Origin: Polyangiaceae bacterium
Lineage (GTDB): Bacteria > Myxococcota_A > Polyangia > Polyangiales > Polyangiaceae
Direction: 5' to 3'
Assembly: GCA_036490515.1 (NCBI GenBank)
Contig: DASXDU010000039.1
Coordinates: 4,140-68,139 of the forward strand
DNA length: 64,000 bases
Shown in pieces: positions 10,947-20,827 of the stretch. The notes below the pieces were generated by a model that saw only the letters and a list, made by a program, of their open reading frames with translations, was not told the origin of the DNA and did not search any database. Positions within the stretch are counted from its first letter, which is position 1. Each line of letters starts with the position of its first letter. The translations under genes and the position numbers were made by a program.

Positions 10947-12438
10947 GGCCGCCGACTCCGCTTTGCTCGCATCCTGGTTCGCGCGCGCCGGCGATCCCCG
11001 GACCGCCTTCGAGGACCCCACCGGGACGACGGCGTGGAGCGACGCGGTGGAGACCTCCGAGCGGGTCGCCTCCGCCCTTCTCGCCGGTCGTCGCTCGCTC
11101 GAGGGCGAGCGCGTGGCGCTGCTCGTCTCGCCGGGCGCGCGGTTCGTCACCGCCTTCTTCGGCGTCCTGCGCGCGGGCGGCGCGGCCGTCGTCCTCTCCC
11201 CGCTGCACCCGCCGCCGGAGACGCGGTACTTCTGCGACGACGCGGGCGTCCGGACGATCGTCACGTCCCCCGATCTCGCCGAACGCGTCGCGTTCCTGGC
11301 GCCCGACCGTCGCGTCGCCCTCGTCGACCACCTCGCGGCGAGCCCGCCGGGGCCCCCTTCGCCGCTCGCTTCGTCGGACGATCCGGCGCTGCAGCTCTAC
11401 ACGAGCGGCACGACGGGCAAGCCGAAGGGCGCCGTCATCACGCACGGGAACCTCGCGACGCAGCAAGAGCTCCTCCGCTCGGCGTGGGGCTGGCGCGCCG
11501 AGGACGTCCTGCTCCACGTGCTGCCGCTCCACCACATGCACGGCCTGGCCATCGCGCTCCTCTCCGCCATCGGCGCAGGCGCCGCGACGACGTTCCTGCC
11601 CGGCTTCGACGCACGGGCGACGTGGGCCGCGATGGAGCGGGCGACCGTGTTCATGGCCGTGCCGACCATCCACGCGAAGCTCTTCGGCGCGCTCGACGCC
11701 GCGACGGCCGCGGAGCGCGACGCCTGGACCGCCCACGCGCGCGCGCTGCGGCTGGTGACGAGCGGGAGCGCAGCGCTCCCCGTCCGCGTCGGCGATCGGT
11801 GGCGGACGCTGACGGGCGCGTACCCCCTCGAGCGCTTCGGGATGACCGAGATCGGCGTGGGGACGACCAACCCCTTCGCCCCCTCGGGCAGGCGACCCGG
11901 GACCGTCGGGCTGCCGCTGCCGACCGTCGACACCCGCATCGTCGACGACGAGCTCTGGATCGCGGGGCCGAGCGTCTTCGCGGGCTACCACGCCAAGCCC
12001 GAGGCGACGGAGACGTCCTTCGTCGTCGAGCGCGGCACGCGCTGGTTCAAGACGGGCGACACGGTCGCGCGCGACGAGGACGGCTACGTCCGCATCCTGG
12101 GGCGCACGAGCGTCGACATCCTGAAGAGCGGCGGATACAAGCTCAGCGCCCTCGAGATCGAGGAGGCGCTCCGCGAGCACGCCGCCGTCGCCGAGGTCGC
12201 GGTCGTCGGGATCCCCGACGACACGTGGGGCGAGCGCGTGGTGGCGTGCGTGGTCCCGCGCGCCGGACGCGACGCGGAGTGCGCCGAGGACCTCCTGCGC
12301 GGGTTCGCGAAGGAGCGGCTCGCGCCGTACAAGGTGCCGCGCCAGGTCCTGCTCCTGAAGGAGCTCCCGCGCAACGCGATCGGCAAGGTCGTGAAGCCCG
12401 TCCTCCGCGACCAGGTGACGACGCTCACATCCCCCTGA
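10945..12438 (+). CDS. Acyl-CoA synthetase / AMP-dependent ligase
   Basis: Track ORF 10864..12438(+), start trimmed to ATG 10945 (MAADSALLASWF). AMP-binding motifs LYTSGTTGKPKGAVITH, GMTE, FKTGD..DEDGYVRILGR, PRNAIGKV. Confidence 0.9.
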   Translation: MAADSALLASWFARAGDPRTAFEDPTGTTAWSDAVETSERVASALLAGRRSLEGERVALLVSPGARFVTAFFGVLRAGGAAVVLSPLHPPPETRYFCDDAGVRTIVTSPDLAERVAFLAPDRRVALVDHLAASPPGPPSPLASSDDPALQLYTSGTTGKPKGAVITHGNLATQQELLRSAWGWRAEDVLLHVLPLHHMHGLAIALLSAIGAGAATTFLPGFDARATWAAMERATVFMAVPTIHAKLFGALDAATAAERDAWTAHARALRLVTSGSAALPVRVGDRWRTLTGAYPLERFGMTEIGVGTTNPFAPSGRRPGTVGLPLPTVDTRIVDDELWIAGPSVFAGYHAKPEATETSFVVERGTRWFKTGDTVARDEDGYVRILGRTSVDILKSGGYKLSALEIEEALREHAAVAEVAVVGIPDDTWGERVVACVVPRAGRDAECAEDLLRGFAKERLAPYKVPRQVLLLKELPRNAIGKVVKPVLRDQVTTLTSP

Positions 12439-12967
12439 GCGCCTCGCGGAGCTCGGCCGACTTCACCACGCGGCCCGCGACGCGCGCGACCACGCGCCCG
12501 GCTCGATCGAGGACGACGGTCACGGGGACGCCGGTGACGTCGCCGAAGGGGCCGCCCCCCGCGATGGTGGCGTCGTCGGCGAGCGCCACGGGGAACGGGA
12601 TCCCCAGCGACTTGCGGTAGAGCTCGACGAGCTCGCGGTTCTCGCGCCGTTCGAGCGCGACGACCGCGTAGTTGACCGCGTCGGCGTCGTGCTTCGCCAT
12701 CGCGACGAGGAAGTCCGCCTGCGCCTGCGCCGGCAGGCTGCCCGTGTCGACGAAGGCGATGACCGTGGGCTTGCCGCGGGTCGCCTCGGAGCTCACCGCG
12801 CGGTCGTCGAGGGAGTCGAACGAGAAGTCGACCGGAGCGTGGATCTCCCCCGTCGACACGCCGAGGTGCTCGGTCGGCGCCGCGGCGCCGCTCGCGCCGC
12901 CGCACGCCGCCAGCAGCACGAAGGCGACCCTACTCGTCGCCCTTCTGGCCCACGAACTGGTCGTCAC
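12425..12967 (-). CDS. TlpA/redoxin-fold lipoprotein lacking the CxxC motif
   Basis: 180-aa ORF with lipobox VLLAAC. KPTVIAFVDTGS..AQA..FL and VPVTVVLDRAGRVV match a thioredoxin-fold layout, but the catalytic Cys pair is absent. Confidence 0.6.
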   Translation of the reverse strand: MTTSSWARRATSRVAFVLLAACGGASGAAAPTEHLGVSTGEIHAPVDFSFDSLDDRAVSSEATRGKPTVIAFVDTGSLPAQAQADFLVAMAKHDADAVNYAVVALERRENRELVELYRKSLGIPFPVALADDATIAGGGPFGDVTGVPVTVVLDRAGRVVARVAGRVVKSAELREALRGM

Positions 12968-13589
12968 GGTTCGAGAAGAGCACGTTGAACGTCGTCAGCG
13001 AGCCGTAGCACCCGGTGACGTACTGCTGCAGCTGGAGCTTCTCGTCGACGGCGAGCTTGGGGTTGCCGTTGATCTTCTGCTCGAGCACCCGCAGCTTGTC
13101 GCGGATCATCACGACCTTGTGGAAGAGGGCGTCGATCGGGATTCGCTTCTCCTGGACGCCCGGCTTCCCCGGCCGGAGCACGACCTCTCCGCCCTCCCAC
13201 TTGCCCGCGATCTGGGCCTCGCCCGTCCCGAGCTCGTCGCGGATCACTTCGGACAGCACCCTCCTGAACTCTTCGGCATCCATGTCGAGCAGATCCTCCG
13301 GGAGCACCAGCTCCGTCTTCACCGCGTCGCCGCCGCCCGCGCCCGGGCCGCGCCACGCCCCACCGAAACCCCGCGGCGACCGCGTGCGCGACGGCCGCTC
13401 CGGGGGCTTCGCCTTGAACTCCCCGCGCCGAACCCACTGCGAGCAGGTGCTCGTGTCGTAGAGGGGCGACGGCCACACGCCGAGCAAGCACTCGCCATGC
13501 CTGCGCACCTCGCCCGTGTCGTCGATCGTCTCGACGACGCGGACGAAACGGGCGCACGTCCCGCACCGGCGTTCCGGCTCGTCGGCCAT
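12930..13589 (-). CDS. Hypothetical protein (N-terminal Cys cluster)
   Basis: 219-aa ORF with normal composition. CGTC..x..C..C near the N-terminus and a coiled C-terminal half. No family recognised. Confidence 0.6.
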   Translation of the reverse strand: MADEPERRCGTCARFVRVVETIDDTGEVRRHGECLLGVWPSPLYDTSTCSQWVRRGEFKAKPPERPSRTRSPRGFGGAWRGPGAGGGDAVKTELVLPEDLLDMDAEEFRRVLSEVIRDELGTGEAQIAGKWEGGEVVLRPGKPGVQEKRIPIDALFHKVVMIRDKLRVLEQKINGNPKLAVDEKLQLQQYVTGCYGSLTTFNVLFSNRDDQFVGQKGDE

Positions 13590-13612
13590 GGCCCACGCGT
13601 CTTACCACGGGG

Positions 13613-14260
13613 TCAGCGGGGAGGCGCGGAGTCCTCGGAGTCCTCGAGCGTGGGCGCGAAGAGATGCGCGAAGGACGTGAGCGCCACGGGCGTCGTCCGG
13701 TGCTCGCGCTTGTCCGCGAGGATCGCGTGCGCGAGCTCCTCCACGACGACACGCAGCGGCGCCGGCTCCACCGGGACGCCGTCGACGTCGCCGATGCGGC
13801 CGAGCTCCCCCACGTGCCGGAGCGGCTCGTGCTTCACCGCCACGAAGCCACCCGTCGGGGTGTAGCGGCACGCGAGCACCTGCACGAACTCGAGGTAGAG
13901 CGGTGCGATGATGACGCACGCATGCGTACCGTCGCCCCCGACGCCGTGCAGCGCCGTGGGGTCCGGCGCCTCGGAGCCGCAGGCCACGTCCGCAGCGAGC
14001 ACGCCCTCCATCCGGTCGCGGCGGTCGGTGTCGGTCTCGACCGCCATGAGCGGCGCATAGAGAGCGAGGCGCGGAACGCCGAGCCCCGGCGCGTCCGAGT
14101 CGAGTGCGTCGAGCCAGGCGTCGCGGCCCTCGGCGGGGAGCGACTCGTACGCGAGCGCCGCCGCCATCGCGGCCTCGGCGTCCGTCGCGAGCGCCGACAG
14201 CCAGCTCCGCCAGGCGGCGCGAACGCGATCGTCGTCGTCTTGTTCGCGCTCGCCGGCCAT
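13613..14260 (-). CDS. Hypothetical protein
   Basis: The 215-aa distal part of track ORF 13613..15214(-), starting at ATG 14260 (MAGEREQDDD). The upstream part of that ORF is antisense to the sigma factor and mnmA genes. Confidence 0.55.
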   Translation of the reverse strand: MAGEREQDDDDRVRAAWRSWLSALATDAEAAMAAALAYESLPAEGRDAWLDALDSDAPGLGVPRLALYAPLMAVETDTDRRDRMEGVLAADVACGSEAPDPTALHGVGGDGTHACVIIAPLYLEFVQVLACRYTPTGGFVAVKHEPLRHVGELGRIGDVDGVPVEPAPLRVVVEELAHAILADKREHRTTPVALTSFAHLFAPTLEDSEDSAPPR

Positions 14261-14365
14261 GGGGACGCGGCACGCTACCAACCTCGCCTCGTGATCGGAA
14301 GAGTCGAACGGCACCTTGACAGCTCCTGTCGGAGCAATCGATCGTCGTGACGAGGCACGATTTTC

Positions 14366-15058
14366 GTGGCGACGAACGATCCCCCCGAGGTCCTCGCGCG
14401 CTTCCACGCCGAGCTCGCGCTCGTCGAGCTCGCGGCGCGACAGGTCCTGGGTCGCGCGGGCCGATCGGTCACGCTCGACGACCTCCGATCCTTCGGCCGC
14501 GAGGGGCTGCTCCAGGCTGCACGCACGTTCGACGAGCGCCACGGCGTACCCTTCCGGCGCTGGGCGAACATGCGCGTCAAGGGCGCGATGCTCGACGGCG
14601 TCCGCCAGTGGGCGAGCCTGCCGCGCAAGGTCTACCAGGAGATGCGCGGCGTGGAGGCCGCCGATCACGTACTCGCGACGTACGAGGAGCAGGACGAGAA
14701 GCAGCCCGCGAGCTCGCCCGAGGCCGCGGACGATCGACTGGGCTCGTACCTGGCGGGCATGGCGACGGCCATCGCGTTCGGGACGATGGTCGGCGCGCCG
14801 CGTGACGAGGTGGGCGACGACGGCAAGTCGATCACCCCGGAGGACCGGCTGGGGGAGGCCGAGACGCTCGCGCTCGTCCGCAGCGTCGTCGCGAAGCTCC
14901 CGGATCAGGAGCGCGCCCTCATCGAGCGTCACTACTTCGAGGGGGAGACGCTCGAGAAGGCCGCCGCCGGCATCGGGCTCTCCAAGTCGTGGGGGAGCCG
15001 GCTGCACGCCCGCGCGATCGAGTCCATCGCGGACCTGCTGCGCGCCGAACGTCGCTGA
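14366..15058 (+). CDS. Sigma-70 family RNA polymerase sigma factor (group 3/FliA-like)
   Basis: 230-aa ORF with a GTG start. Region 2 is FDERHGVPFRRWANMRVKGAMLD. Region 4 HTH is LIERHYFEGETLEKAAAGIGLSKSWGSRLHARAI. Confidence 0.85.
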   Translation: MATNDPPEVLARFHAELALVELAARQVLGRAGRSVTLDDLRSFGREGLLQAARTFDERHGVPFRRWANMRVKGAMLDGVRQWASLPRKVYQEMRGVEAADHVLATYEEQDEKQPASSPEAADDRLGSYLAGMATAIAFGTMVGAPRDEVGDDGKSITPEDRLGEAETLALVRSVVAKLPDQERALIERHYFEGETLEKAAAGIGLSKSWGSRLHARAIESIADLLRAERR

Positions 15059-15107
15059 AGACGGCCCGGGCGAGCGCGCAGCGCCTGGAAATGGTAGACG
15101 CGCGACC

Positions 15108-16244
15108 GTGAACCATGCGGGCGAGCGCATCCTCGTCGCGATGAGCGGCGGCGTCGATTCCTCCGTGGCCGCAGCGCGCCTGCGTGACGCGGGACACGAT
15201 GTCGTGGGGGTCACGCTCCACCTCTGGGACTATCCCTCGGACTCCCGCGACGGACACGGCCGCTGCTGCGCTCCCGAGGACCAGTACGACGCGCGGCGGG
15301 TCGCTGACGCCCTCGGTTTCCCGCACTACACGTTCGACCGGCGCGAGCTCTTCGCGCGCGTCGTCGTCGGCCCGTTCGTCGACGCGTACCTCGAGGGCTC
15401 GACGCCGAGCCCCTGCTCCGACTGCAACCGGGGCGTGAAGCTCGCGGAGCTCTTCGCGCTCGCCGACCGCCTCGGCGCGAAGGGCGTCGCGACCGGACAC
15501 TACGCCCGCATCGTCCGCGACGACGCAGACCTCCCCCGCCTCGCGATGGGCCGCGACGCGTCCAAGGACCAGAGCTACTTCCTCTATGCAACCCCGCGCG
15601 CCCTCCTCGACCGGCTCGTCTTCCCGCTCGGCGAATCGACGAAGGCGGAGGTGCGCACCGAGGCCGTCACACGGGGCCTGCCCGGCGCCACGAAGGGAGA
15701 GAGCCAGGAGCTCTGCTTCGTGGGCCGCGAGGCGCACGCCTACGCGGACTTCGTCGCCGCGCGCGCCGACGGGCGGACGCGCCCGGGCCGGATCGTGGAC
15801 GGCGCGGGGCGCACCGTCGGCACGCACGCGGGCGTCCACCGCTTCACCGTCGGCCAGCGTAGGGGCCTCGGCGTCGCGACGGGGACCCCGGCGTTCGTGA
15901 CGCGCATCGATCCTGTGACCGCCACCGTGCACGTCGGGGGCGCCGACGCCCTCCGCGCGCGAAGCGCGTCGTTGACCGACGTCGTCCTCGCGGACGGCAT
16001 CACGTTGCCGGTGCGCGCGCGGGTGCGGGTGCGATATCGACACGAAGGGGACGATGCTTTCGTCCATACGAGCGACCCCGGCCGGGGGCCGGGCCGGGCG
16101 ACCGTCGAGTTCGATCGACCGGTGCGCGCCGTCACGCCGGGGCAGGTGGCCGTCCTCTACGACGCCGACCGCGTGATCGGGGGAGGCCGCATCGCGAGCA
16201 GCGCCGCCGAAGGTGACCTCCCGGCGCGCAACGCGCTAGGGTGA
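15108..16244 (+). CDS. mnmA: tRNA 2-thiouridine(34) synthase
   Basis: Distal part of track ORF 14316..16244(+), GTG 15108. PP-loop VAMSGGVDSSV, CC.PED, SPCSDCNRGVKL, ATGHYAR, KDQSYFL. Confidence 0.92.
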   Translation: MNHAGERILVAMSGGVDSSVAAARLRDAGHDVVGVTLHLWDYPSDSRDGHGRCCAPEDQYDARRVADALGFPHYTFDRRELFARVVVGPFVDAYLEGSTPSPCSDCNRGVKLAELFALADRLGAKGVATGHYARIVRDDADLPRLAMGRDASKDQSYFLYATPRALLDRLVFPLGESTKAEVRTEAVTRGLPGATKGESQELCFVGREAHAYADFVAARADGRTRPGRIVDGAGRTVGTHAGVHRFTVGQRRGLGVATGTPAFVTRIDPVTATVHVGGADALRARSASLTDVVLADGITLPVRARVRVRYRHEGDDAFVHTSDPGRGPGRATVEFDRPVRAVTPGQVAVLYDADRVIGGGRIASSAAEGDLPARNALG

Positions 16245-16248
16245 AGGC

Positions 16249-17208
16249 GTGCGGGGCGAGCGGGCGGTCATCGGCATCGCATGCGCGGCGGCGCTGGCCG
16301 CCGTCGTCGCACCGGGGTGCTCGCTCGGGGCCGGGACGGGCACCTGCGCGGGGACGCTCGACGTGCCGGACTGCTGGTCGGGCCAGTTCGACCTCCACCC
16401 GGACTTCTTCGCGGCCATCCCCGGGGACAAGCCGCAGTACCCGGCATCGAGCACCGGGACGATGATCATCCGCATCCAGCACGGGAGCGACTACGAGACC
16501 TTCAGCGACGGCCTCGCGATCCTCATCGACGACGTGGGCGCCGTCCGCGGCGATCCCGCAGCCGACGGGACGCCCCGCGCCAGCCTGCTCCACCAGCCAC
16601 TCGTCGTGTCGCTGTCACCGGACGTCGTCCCCCCGGGCGTCCCCGTGAGCTCGATCCCCGACCCGAGCATCGTGCACGCGACGCTCTACCTCGACGCCAC
16701 GTGCCGCACGCAGGACGAGGCCCTCTACGCGATGTCCGCGGTCTCCGGCGTCGACACGGACGGCGAGTGCCGCCGGCCCGAGGGTGGCGAGCCCGCGCTC
16801 GACTGCCCGGGGGCCCCCGTGGAGAGTGACGGGGGCGTGATCGCGAGCGGTGGCGACGCGGGCCTCGGGGCGGAGGCCGGGCTCGACGCCGGGGGAGCCG
16901 CGGACGCGACGCTCGACGGCGGTGCGAGCGGTGCCGGCGGCGATGGCGGCGACGCAGCGAGCACCCCCACGCCGGGGAGCGGGTCGATCGGAACGAGCAC
17001 CATCACCTTCGACGACCTCTTCGACAACAACCCGGTCGAGTCGAACGCGAGCCAGCGACTCAGCCAGGGGAGCTTCGAGTTTTACCTGGCCGACCCACGC
17101 GACATCTGCCCGGGCGGCCAGGGGCCCCCTCCGCGCTGCGAGGGCCACCTCAAGGGCACGTTCAAGTTCTACTTCCAGCGCGGGATCCCCGCGCAGCCGT
17201 TCCCCTGA
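16249..17208 (+). CDS. Hypothetical lipoprotein
   Basis: 319-aa ORF lying 4 nt after mnmA. Signal/lipobox AAVVAPGCS. Asp/Gly-rich linker. Confidence 0.65.
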   Translation: MRGERAVIGIACAAALAAVVAPGCSLGAGTGTCAGTLDVPDCWSGQFDLHPDFFAAIPGDKPQYPASSTGTMIIRIQHGSDYETFSDGLAILIDDVGAVRGDPAADGTPRASLLHQPLVVSLSPDVVPPGVPVSSIPDPSIVHATLYLDATCRTQDEALYAMSAVSGVDTDGECRRPEGGEPALDCPGAPVESDGGVIASGGDAGLGAEAGLDAGGAADATLDGGASGAGGDGGDAASTPTPGSGSIGTSTITFDDLFDNNPVESNASQRLSQGSFEFYLADPRDICPGGQGPPPRCEGHLKGTFKFYFQRGIPAQPFP

Positions 17209-17336
17209 CCTCCGCCCGTGCGCTGACGTCGGCGGACGTCGGGTGGGTGGATCCTCGAGTCACCACCACAACTACATGACGCTGCGAGCAGGCTTGCTTG
17301 CATGCCCCAACCGTGGCCGATACCCTGACCAGTAAC

Positions 17337-18254
17337 GTGCGAAGTCTCTCGTCTTCGCGTGCGGCGGTCGTGTGCACCGGAGTCGTGTTCGCGGCTCTCG
17401 CCACGTCGGCAGCTCCCGTATATGCGCAACTTTCCGCGGACACGGCCCCGTCGCCCGCCGCGAAGGCCATGCAACGCGCGCGGTCCGCGTGGGACGGCGG
17501 TGATTTCGATCTGGCGCCGGCCCTCTACAAGAACGCGTTGAGCGTCGGCGGGTTGCATCGTGCCGACGTGCTCGACGCGTACGTGCGCATGGGATCGGCC
17601 TACGCCATCGTCGGCAAGAAGGGGCCTTCGCTGACCGCGTTCCGCCGGGCTGCGCTTCTCGATCCGACCTTCGCGATCCCGCCCGAGGCAGGGAAGAAGG
17701 CGACGGCCCTCGCCGAGCGGGCACGCAGGGACCAGCGGCGTGTCGGCGCTCTCGCCCTGAGCGCGCAGACGCCCGACGAGGTGAAGTCGGGCGAGTCCTT
17801 CGCGGTGGACGTCGCGCTCGCGCCGAGCCGGGCGTCCATCATCGACTCGATCCACCTGCAGGTGCGCGACGCGCTCGCGGGCCGCTCGTTCGAGCAGGGT
17901 GCGGCGCCGGACTCGCGCGTCCACTTCGACGTCCCCGTGCGGATGACGCTCCCGGATGCATCGCTGCTCGTCCGGGTCGAGGTCGTGGACGCCGCGGACA
18001 ACGAGCTCGTCTCCTTCGAGAAGCACGTCCACGTCCAGCCCGCGATGCCGGCACCCTTGCCGGCCGGTCTCGCGGCGCTGCGTTCTCACCCGGAGGGCGG
18101 GTCGCACCACTCGGGAGGTGGTTTCTGGAACACGGCATGGCCCTACGTCATCGGTGGGGCGGCCCTCGCGGCGGGCGGAGTCGCGCTTTACGTCGGCACG
18201 CGCCCCACGGCAGACGTCAACGTCGCCGCGGTCCGCGTCGAGCTCTCGCACTAG
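17337..18254 (+). CDS. Secreted TPR-like protein with C-terminal transmembrane anchor
   Basis: Track ORF 17298..18254(+). GTG 17337 gives signal peptide VRSLSSSRAAVVCTGVVFAALATSAAPVYA. Has a TPR-like helix pair, a beta-rich domain and the TM segment WPYVIGGAALAAGGVALYV. It ends 8 nt before the kinase gene. Confidence 0.65.
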   Translation: MRSLSSSRAAVVCTGVVFAALATSAAPVYAQLSADTAPSPAAKAMQRARSAWDGGDFDLAPALYKNALSVGGLHRADVLDAYVRMGSAYAIVGKKGPSLTAFRRAALLDPTFAIPPEAGKKATALAERARRDQRRVGALALSAQTPDEVKSGESFAVDVALAPSRASIIDSIHLQVRDALAGRSFEQGAAPDSRVHFDVPVRMTLPDASLLVRVEVVDAADNELVSFEKHVHVQPAMPAPLPAGLAALRSHPEGGSHHSGGGFWNTAWPYVIGGAALAAGGVALYVGTRPTADVNVAAVRVELSH

Positions 18255-18262
18255 GCGCCCGC

Positions 18263-20827
18263 ATGCCGCAAGACCGAGCCCGCGCCCCGTACCCTTCGCA
18301 GCCCCTGGCACCGACCAGCGGCAGCGATCCGGACGCCAAGGCCCGCGCGGGCGGCGCGTTCTCCGGCGGGACGTACTTCCTCGGACGCTACCGCGTCGTC
18401 GACGAGATCGGCGTCGGCGGGATGGCGAGCGTGCACCTCTCGCGCATGGACGGGCCCGGGGGCTTCCAGAAGTGGGTGGCCATCAAGCGCATCCACCCGC
18501 ACCTGGTCGAGGACGAGTCCTTCGTCAACATGTTCCTCGACGAGGCGCGCGTCGCTGCGCGCATCTCGCACCCCAACGTCGCGACCGTCTTCGAGCTCGG
18601 CAAGCACGAGGACACGTACTGGATCGCGATGGAGTACCTCCACGGCGAGCCGCTGCGCGAGGTGATGCGGCGCACCGAGGAGCTCGGGCAACCGATGCCG
18701 CCCGAGATCGCTTGCCGCGTCATCGCCGACGCCGCCGAGGGCCTGCACGCGGCGCACGAGCTCCTCGGCAAGAACGGCGAGAAGCTCGGCCTGGTCCACC
18801 GGGACGTGACGCCGCACAACCTCTTCGTCACGTACGACGGGAACACCAAGGTCGTCGACTTCGGCATCGCGAAGTTCAGCTCGCGCATGGCCAACACGCG
18901 CGCCGGCACCCTCAAGGGGAAGCTCGCGTACATGTCTCCCGAGCAGGTGGCGGGTGAGCCCATCGACCGGCGCACCGACGTCTTCGCGCTCGGCGTCGTC
19001 CTCTGGGAGCTGACGACGGGCCAGCGTCTCTTCCGGATGGAGAGCGATCTCGACACGCTCGCGAAGGTCCAGGAGTGCAACGTCCCCCGGCCGAGCACGA
19101 TCGTCCGCGGCTACCCGATCGACCTCGAGAAGATCGTGATGAAGGCGCTCGCGAAGACGAAGAACGAGCGCTACCGCACGTCGCGCGAGTTCTCCCGCGC
19201 GCTCCAGTCGCTCCTCATGCGCCGCGGGCTCTTCATCGCGAGCGACGAGGTGGCGGCGTACATGGTCTCGATCTTCGGCGACCGCATCCAGAAGCGCGAG
19301 GCGCACCTGCGATGGGCAGCCGAGGTCACGCAGACCGTCGACATCGACAAGCTCAAGGGCGTCGCGTCTCCGTGGCAGAACGACGACGGGTCCATCCTCA
19401 CCTACAACTCCGAGGTCCAGGCATCGCAGCCGAGTACCGCGCGCGGGGTGCCGCGCCCGGCCGCGGGAGCGCCCGCCGCCGCAGGTCCCCCCTCCGGCCC
19501 CCCCACCGCGCGACCGCCGGGGCACAAGAACACGCTCCGCCTCGGCCAGGGTGTCGTCGCGAGCCCGCCCGCGCCGGCCCCGGTGCCGCGGCCCGCGAGC
19601 CTGGCGCGGCCCGTCGATCCCGTCCGCAGCGAGGACCCTCCCACCCTCGCGCGCCCGCGCGCCAGGAGCGACAGCTACCGCGACGAGAGGAGCGCCCCGG
19701 AGGACGAGTTCGACGACGTCGGCGACACGATCGTGAGCGACTCCATTCCGCTGATGGAGGAGCTCCGTCGCGCGCCTCCCACGCCGGCCGCCGGGCTTCC
19801 TCCGCCGCTCGGCGTCACGCTCACGCAGGCTGCCTCTCCGGCCGCGATGGCCGTTGCGTTCGGGCCTTCGGCCGTGCCGCCGCGGCTACCGACCCAACCC
19901 CCGATGCCCGCGGTCGTGCTCCCACAGCCGGTCCACGCCCATGCGGCTCCTTCGCCGTACAATCTCGCGAGCACCGCGGTCGCCGAGTCGCACCTCGTCT
20001 TTCCGCAGCCACTCTTGCGTCCGAGCCTCTCCAACGAATACGCGCCTCCCCCCAGCCACCCCGCCGCATACGGCGCAGCTGCGCACGGCCCGGCCGACGT
20101 CCAGCGCCTGTTCGCTCCGCCGGCGCGAAGCGAGCAGCGCACGATCACCGCGCAGGCCCTCCGGAAGCGCATCCCGGTGTGGGCCGTGGCGGTGGGGTCC
20201 GCGTTCATCGGGCTCATGGCGTTCGGGTTCGTCGTCGCCATCCTCTCCCTCGCCACCCGCTCCTCGCCCACCGCACGCGCGCCGTCCTCCTCCGCCTCCT
20301 CGGCCTCCTCCGCGTCGGCGCCGAGGCCGGACGTGCCCCCGCCGGCGGTCGCCGCGGCCGGTCCGTTCGGCTCCGCGCGGGATGCGTTCGCGACCGCGAT
20401 CGCGGCTGCGGCGGCCGCAACCCCGGCACCGTCTCGCGCGCCGACGCTCGACGCCGTGACCCCACCGCCGGCGCCCACCGCTCCGGCGCCTCCTTCACCG
20501 CCTGCGGCCCCCATTCCGACGACGAACGTCGCGTCGCTGCCGATGGCCGCGCCGACCCACGGGCCCTCGGCGTCCCACTCCATGCCGGTCGCGGCCATCC
20601 CCCAGTCGACAGCAGGCGCCGGGAGCGGCACCCTCAAGGTCATCTGCTTCCCCGGATGCGATCAGATCCTCGACAACGGCAGCGCGCTCGGCCCCTCGCC
20701 GATCATCCGGCGGAACGCCTCGATCGGCTCGCACAGGCTGAAGCTCGTGTGGAGCGACGCGTCCAAGGTCGTGAGCACCATCGTCCTGGCGGATCAGACA
20801 GCGACCGTCCGCGAGAACCATCCCTGA
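18263..20827 (+). CDS. Ser/Thr protein kinase with Pro-rich linker, TM segment and PEGA-like C-terminal domain
   Basis: Track ORF 18137..20827(+), ATG 18263. G-loop GVGGMASV, VAIKRI, HRDVTPHN, VVDFG, YMSPEQ. TM segment IPVWAVAVGSAFIGLMAFGFVVAIL. C-terminal GTLKVICFPGCDQILDNG..GSHRLKLVW. Confidence 0.92.
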   Translation: MPQDRARAPYPSQPLAPTSGSDPDAKARAGGAFSGGTYFLGRYRVVDEIGVGGMASVHLSRMDGPGGFQKWVAIKRIHPHLVEDESFVNMFLDEARVAARISHPNVATVFELGKHEDTYWIAMEYLHGEPLREVMRRTEELGQPMPPEIACRVIADAAEGLHAAHELLGKNGEKLGLVHRDVTPHNLFVTYDGNTKVVDFGIAKFSSRMANTRAGTLKGKLAYMSPEQVAGEPIDRRTDVFALGVVLWELTTGQRLFRMESDLDTLAKVQECNVPRPSTIVRGYPIDLEKIVMKALAKTKNERYRTSREFSRALQSLLMRRGLFIASDEVAAYMVSIFGDRIQKREAHLRWAAEVTQTVDIDKLKGVASPWQNDDGSILTYNSEVQASQPSTARGVPRPAAGAPAAAGPPSGPPTARPPGHKNTLRLGQGVVASPPAPAPVPRPASLARPVDPVRSEDPPTLARPRARSDSYRDERSAPEDEFDDVGDTIVSDSIPLMEELRRAPPTPAAGLPPPLGVTLTQAASPAAMAVAFGPSAVPPRLPTQPPMPAVVLPQPVHAHAAPSPYNLASTAVAESHLVFPQPLLRPSLSNEYAPPPSHPAAYGAAAHGPADVQRLFAPPARSEQRTITAQALRKRIPVWAVAVGSAFIGLMAFGFVVAILSLATRSSPTARAPSSSASSASSASAPRPDVPPPAVAAAGPFGSARDAFATAIAAAAAATPAPSRAPTLDAVTPPPAPTAPAPPSPPAAPIPTTNVASLPMAAPTHGPSASHSMPVAAIPQSTAGAGSGTLKVICFPGCDQILDNGSALGPSPIIRRNASIGSHRLKLVWSDASKVVSTIVLADQTATVRENHP

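Noticed and set aside
8455-12180. 1241-aa minus-strand ORF spanning three genes
   Set aside because: It is antisense to the PglZ-like and acyl-CoA synthetase genes and out of frame with the acyltransferase. Its composition is dominated by R/G/E/A, with no motifs.
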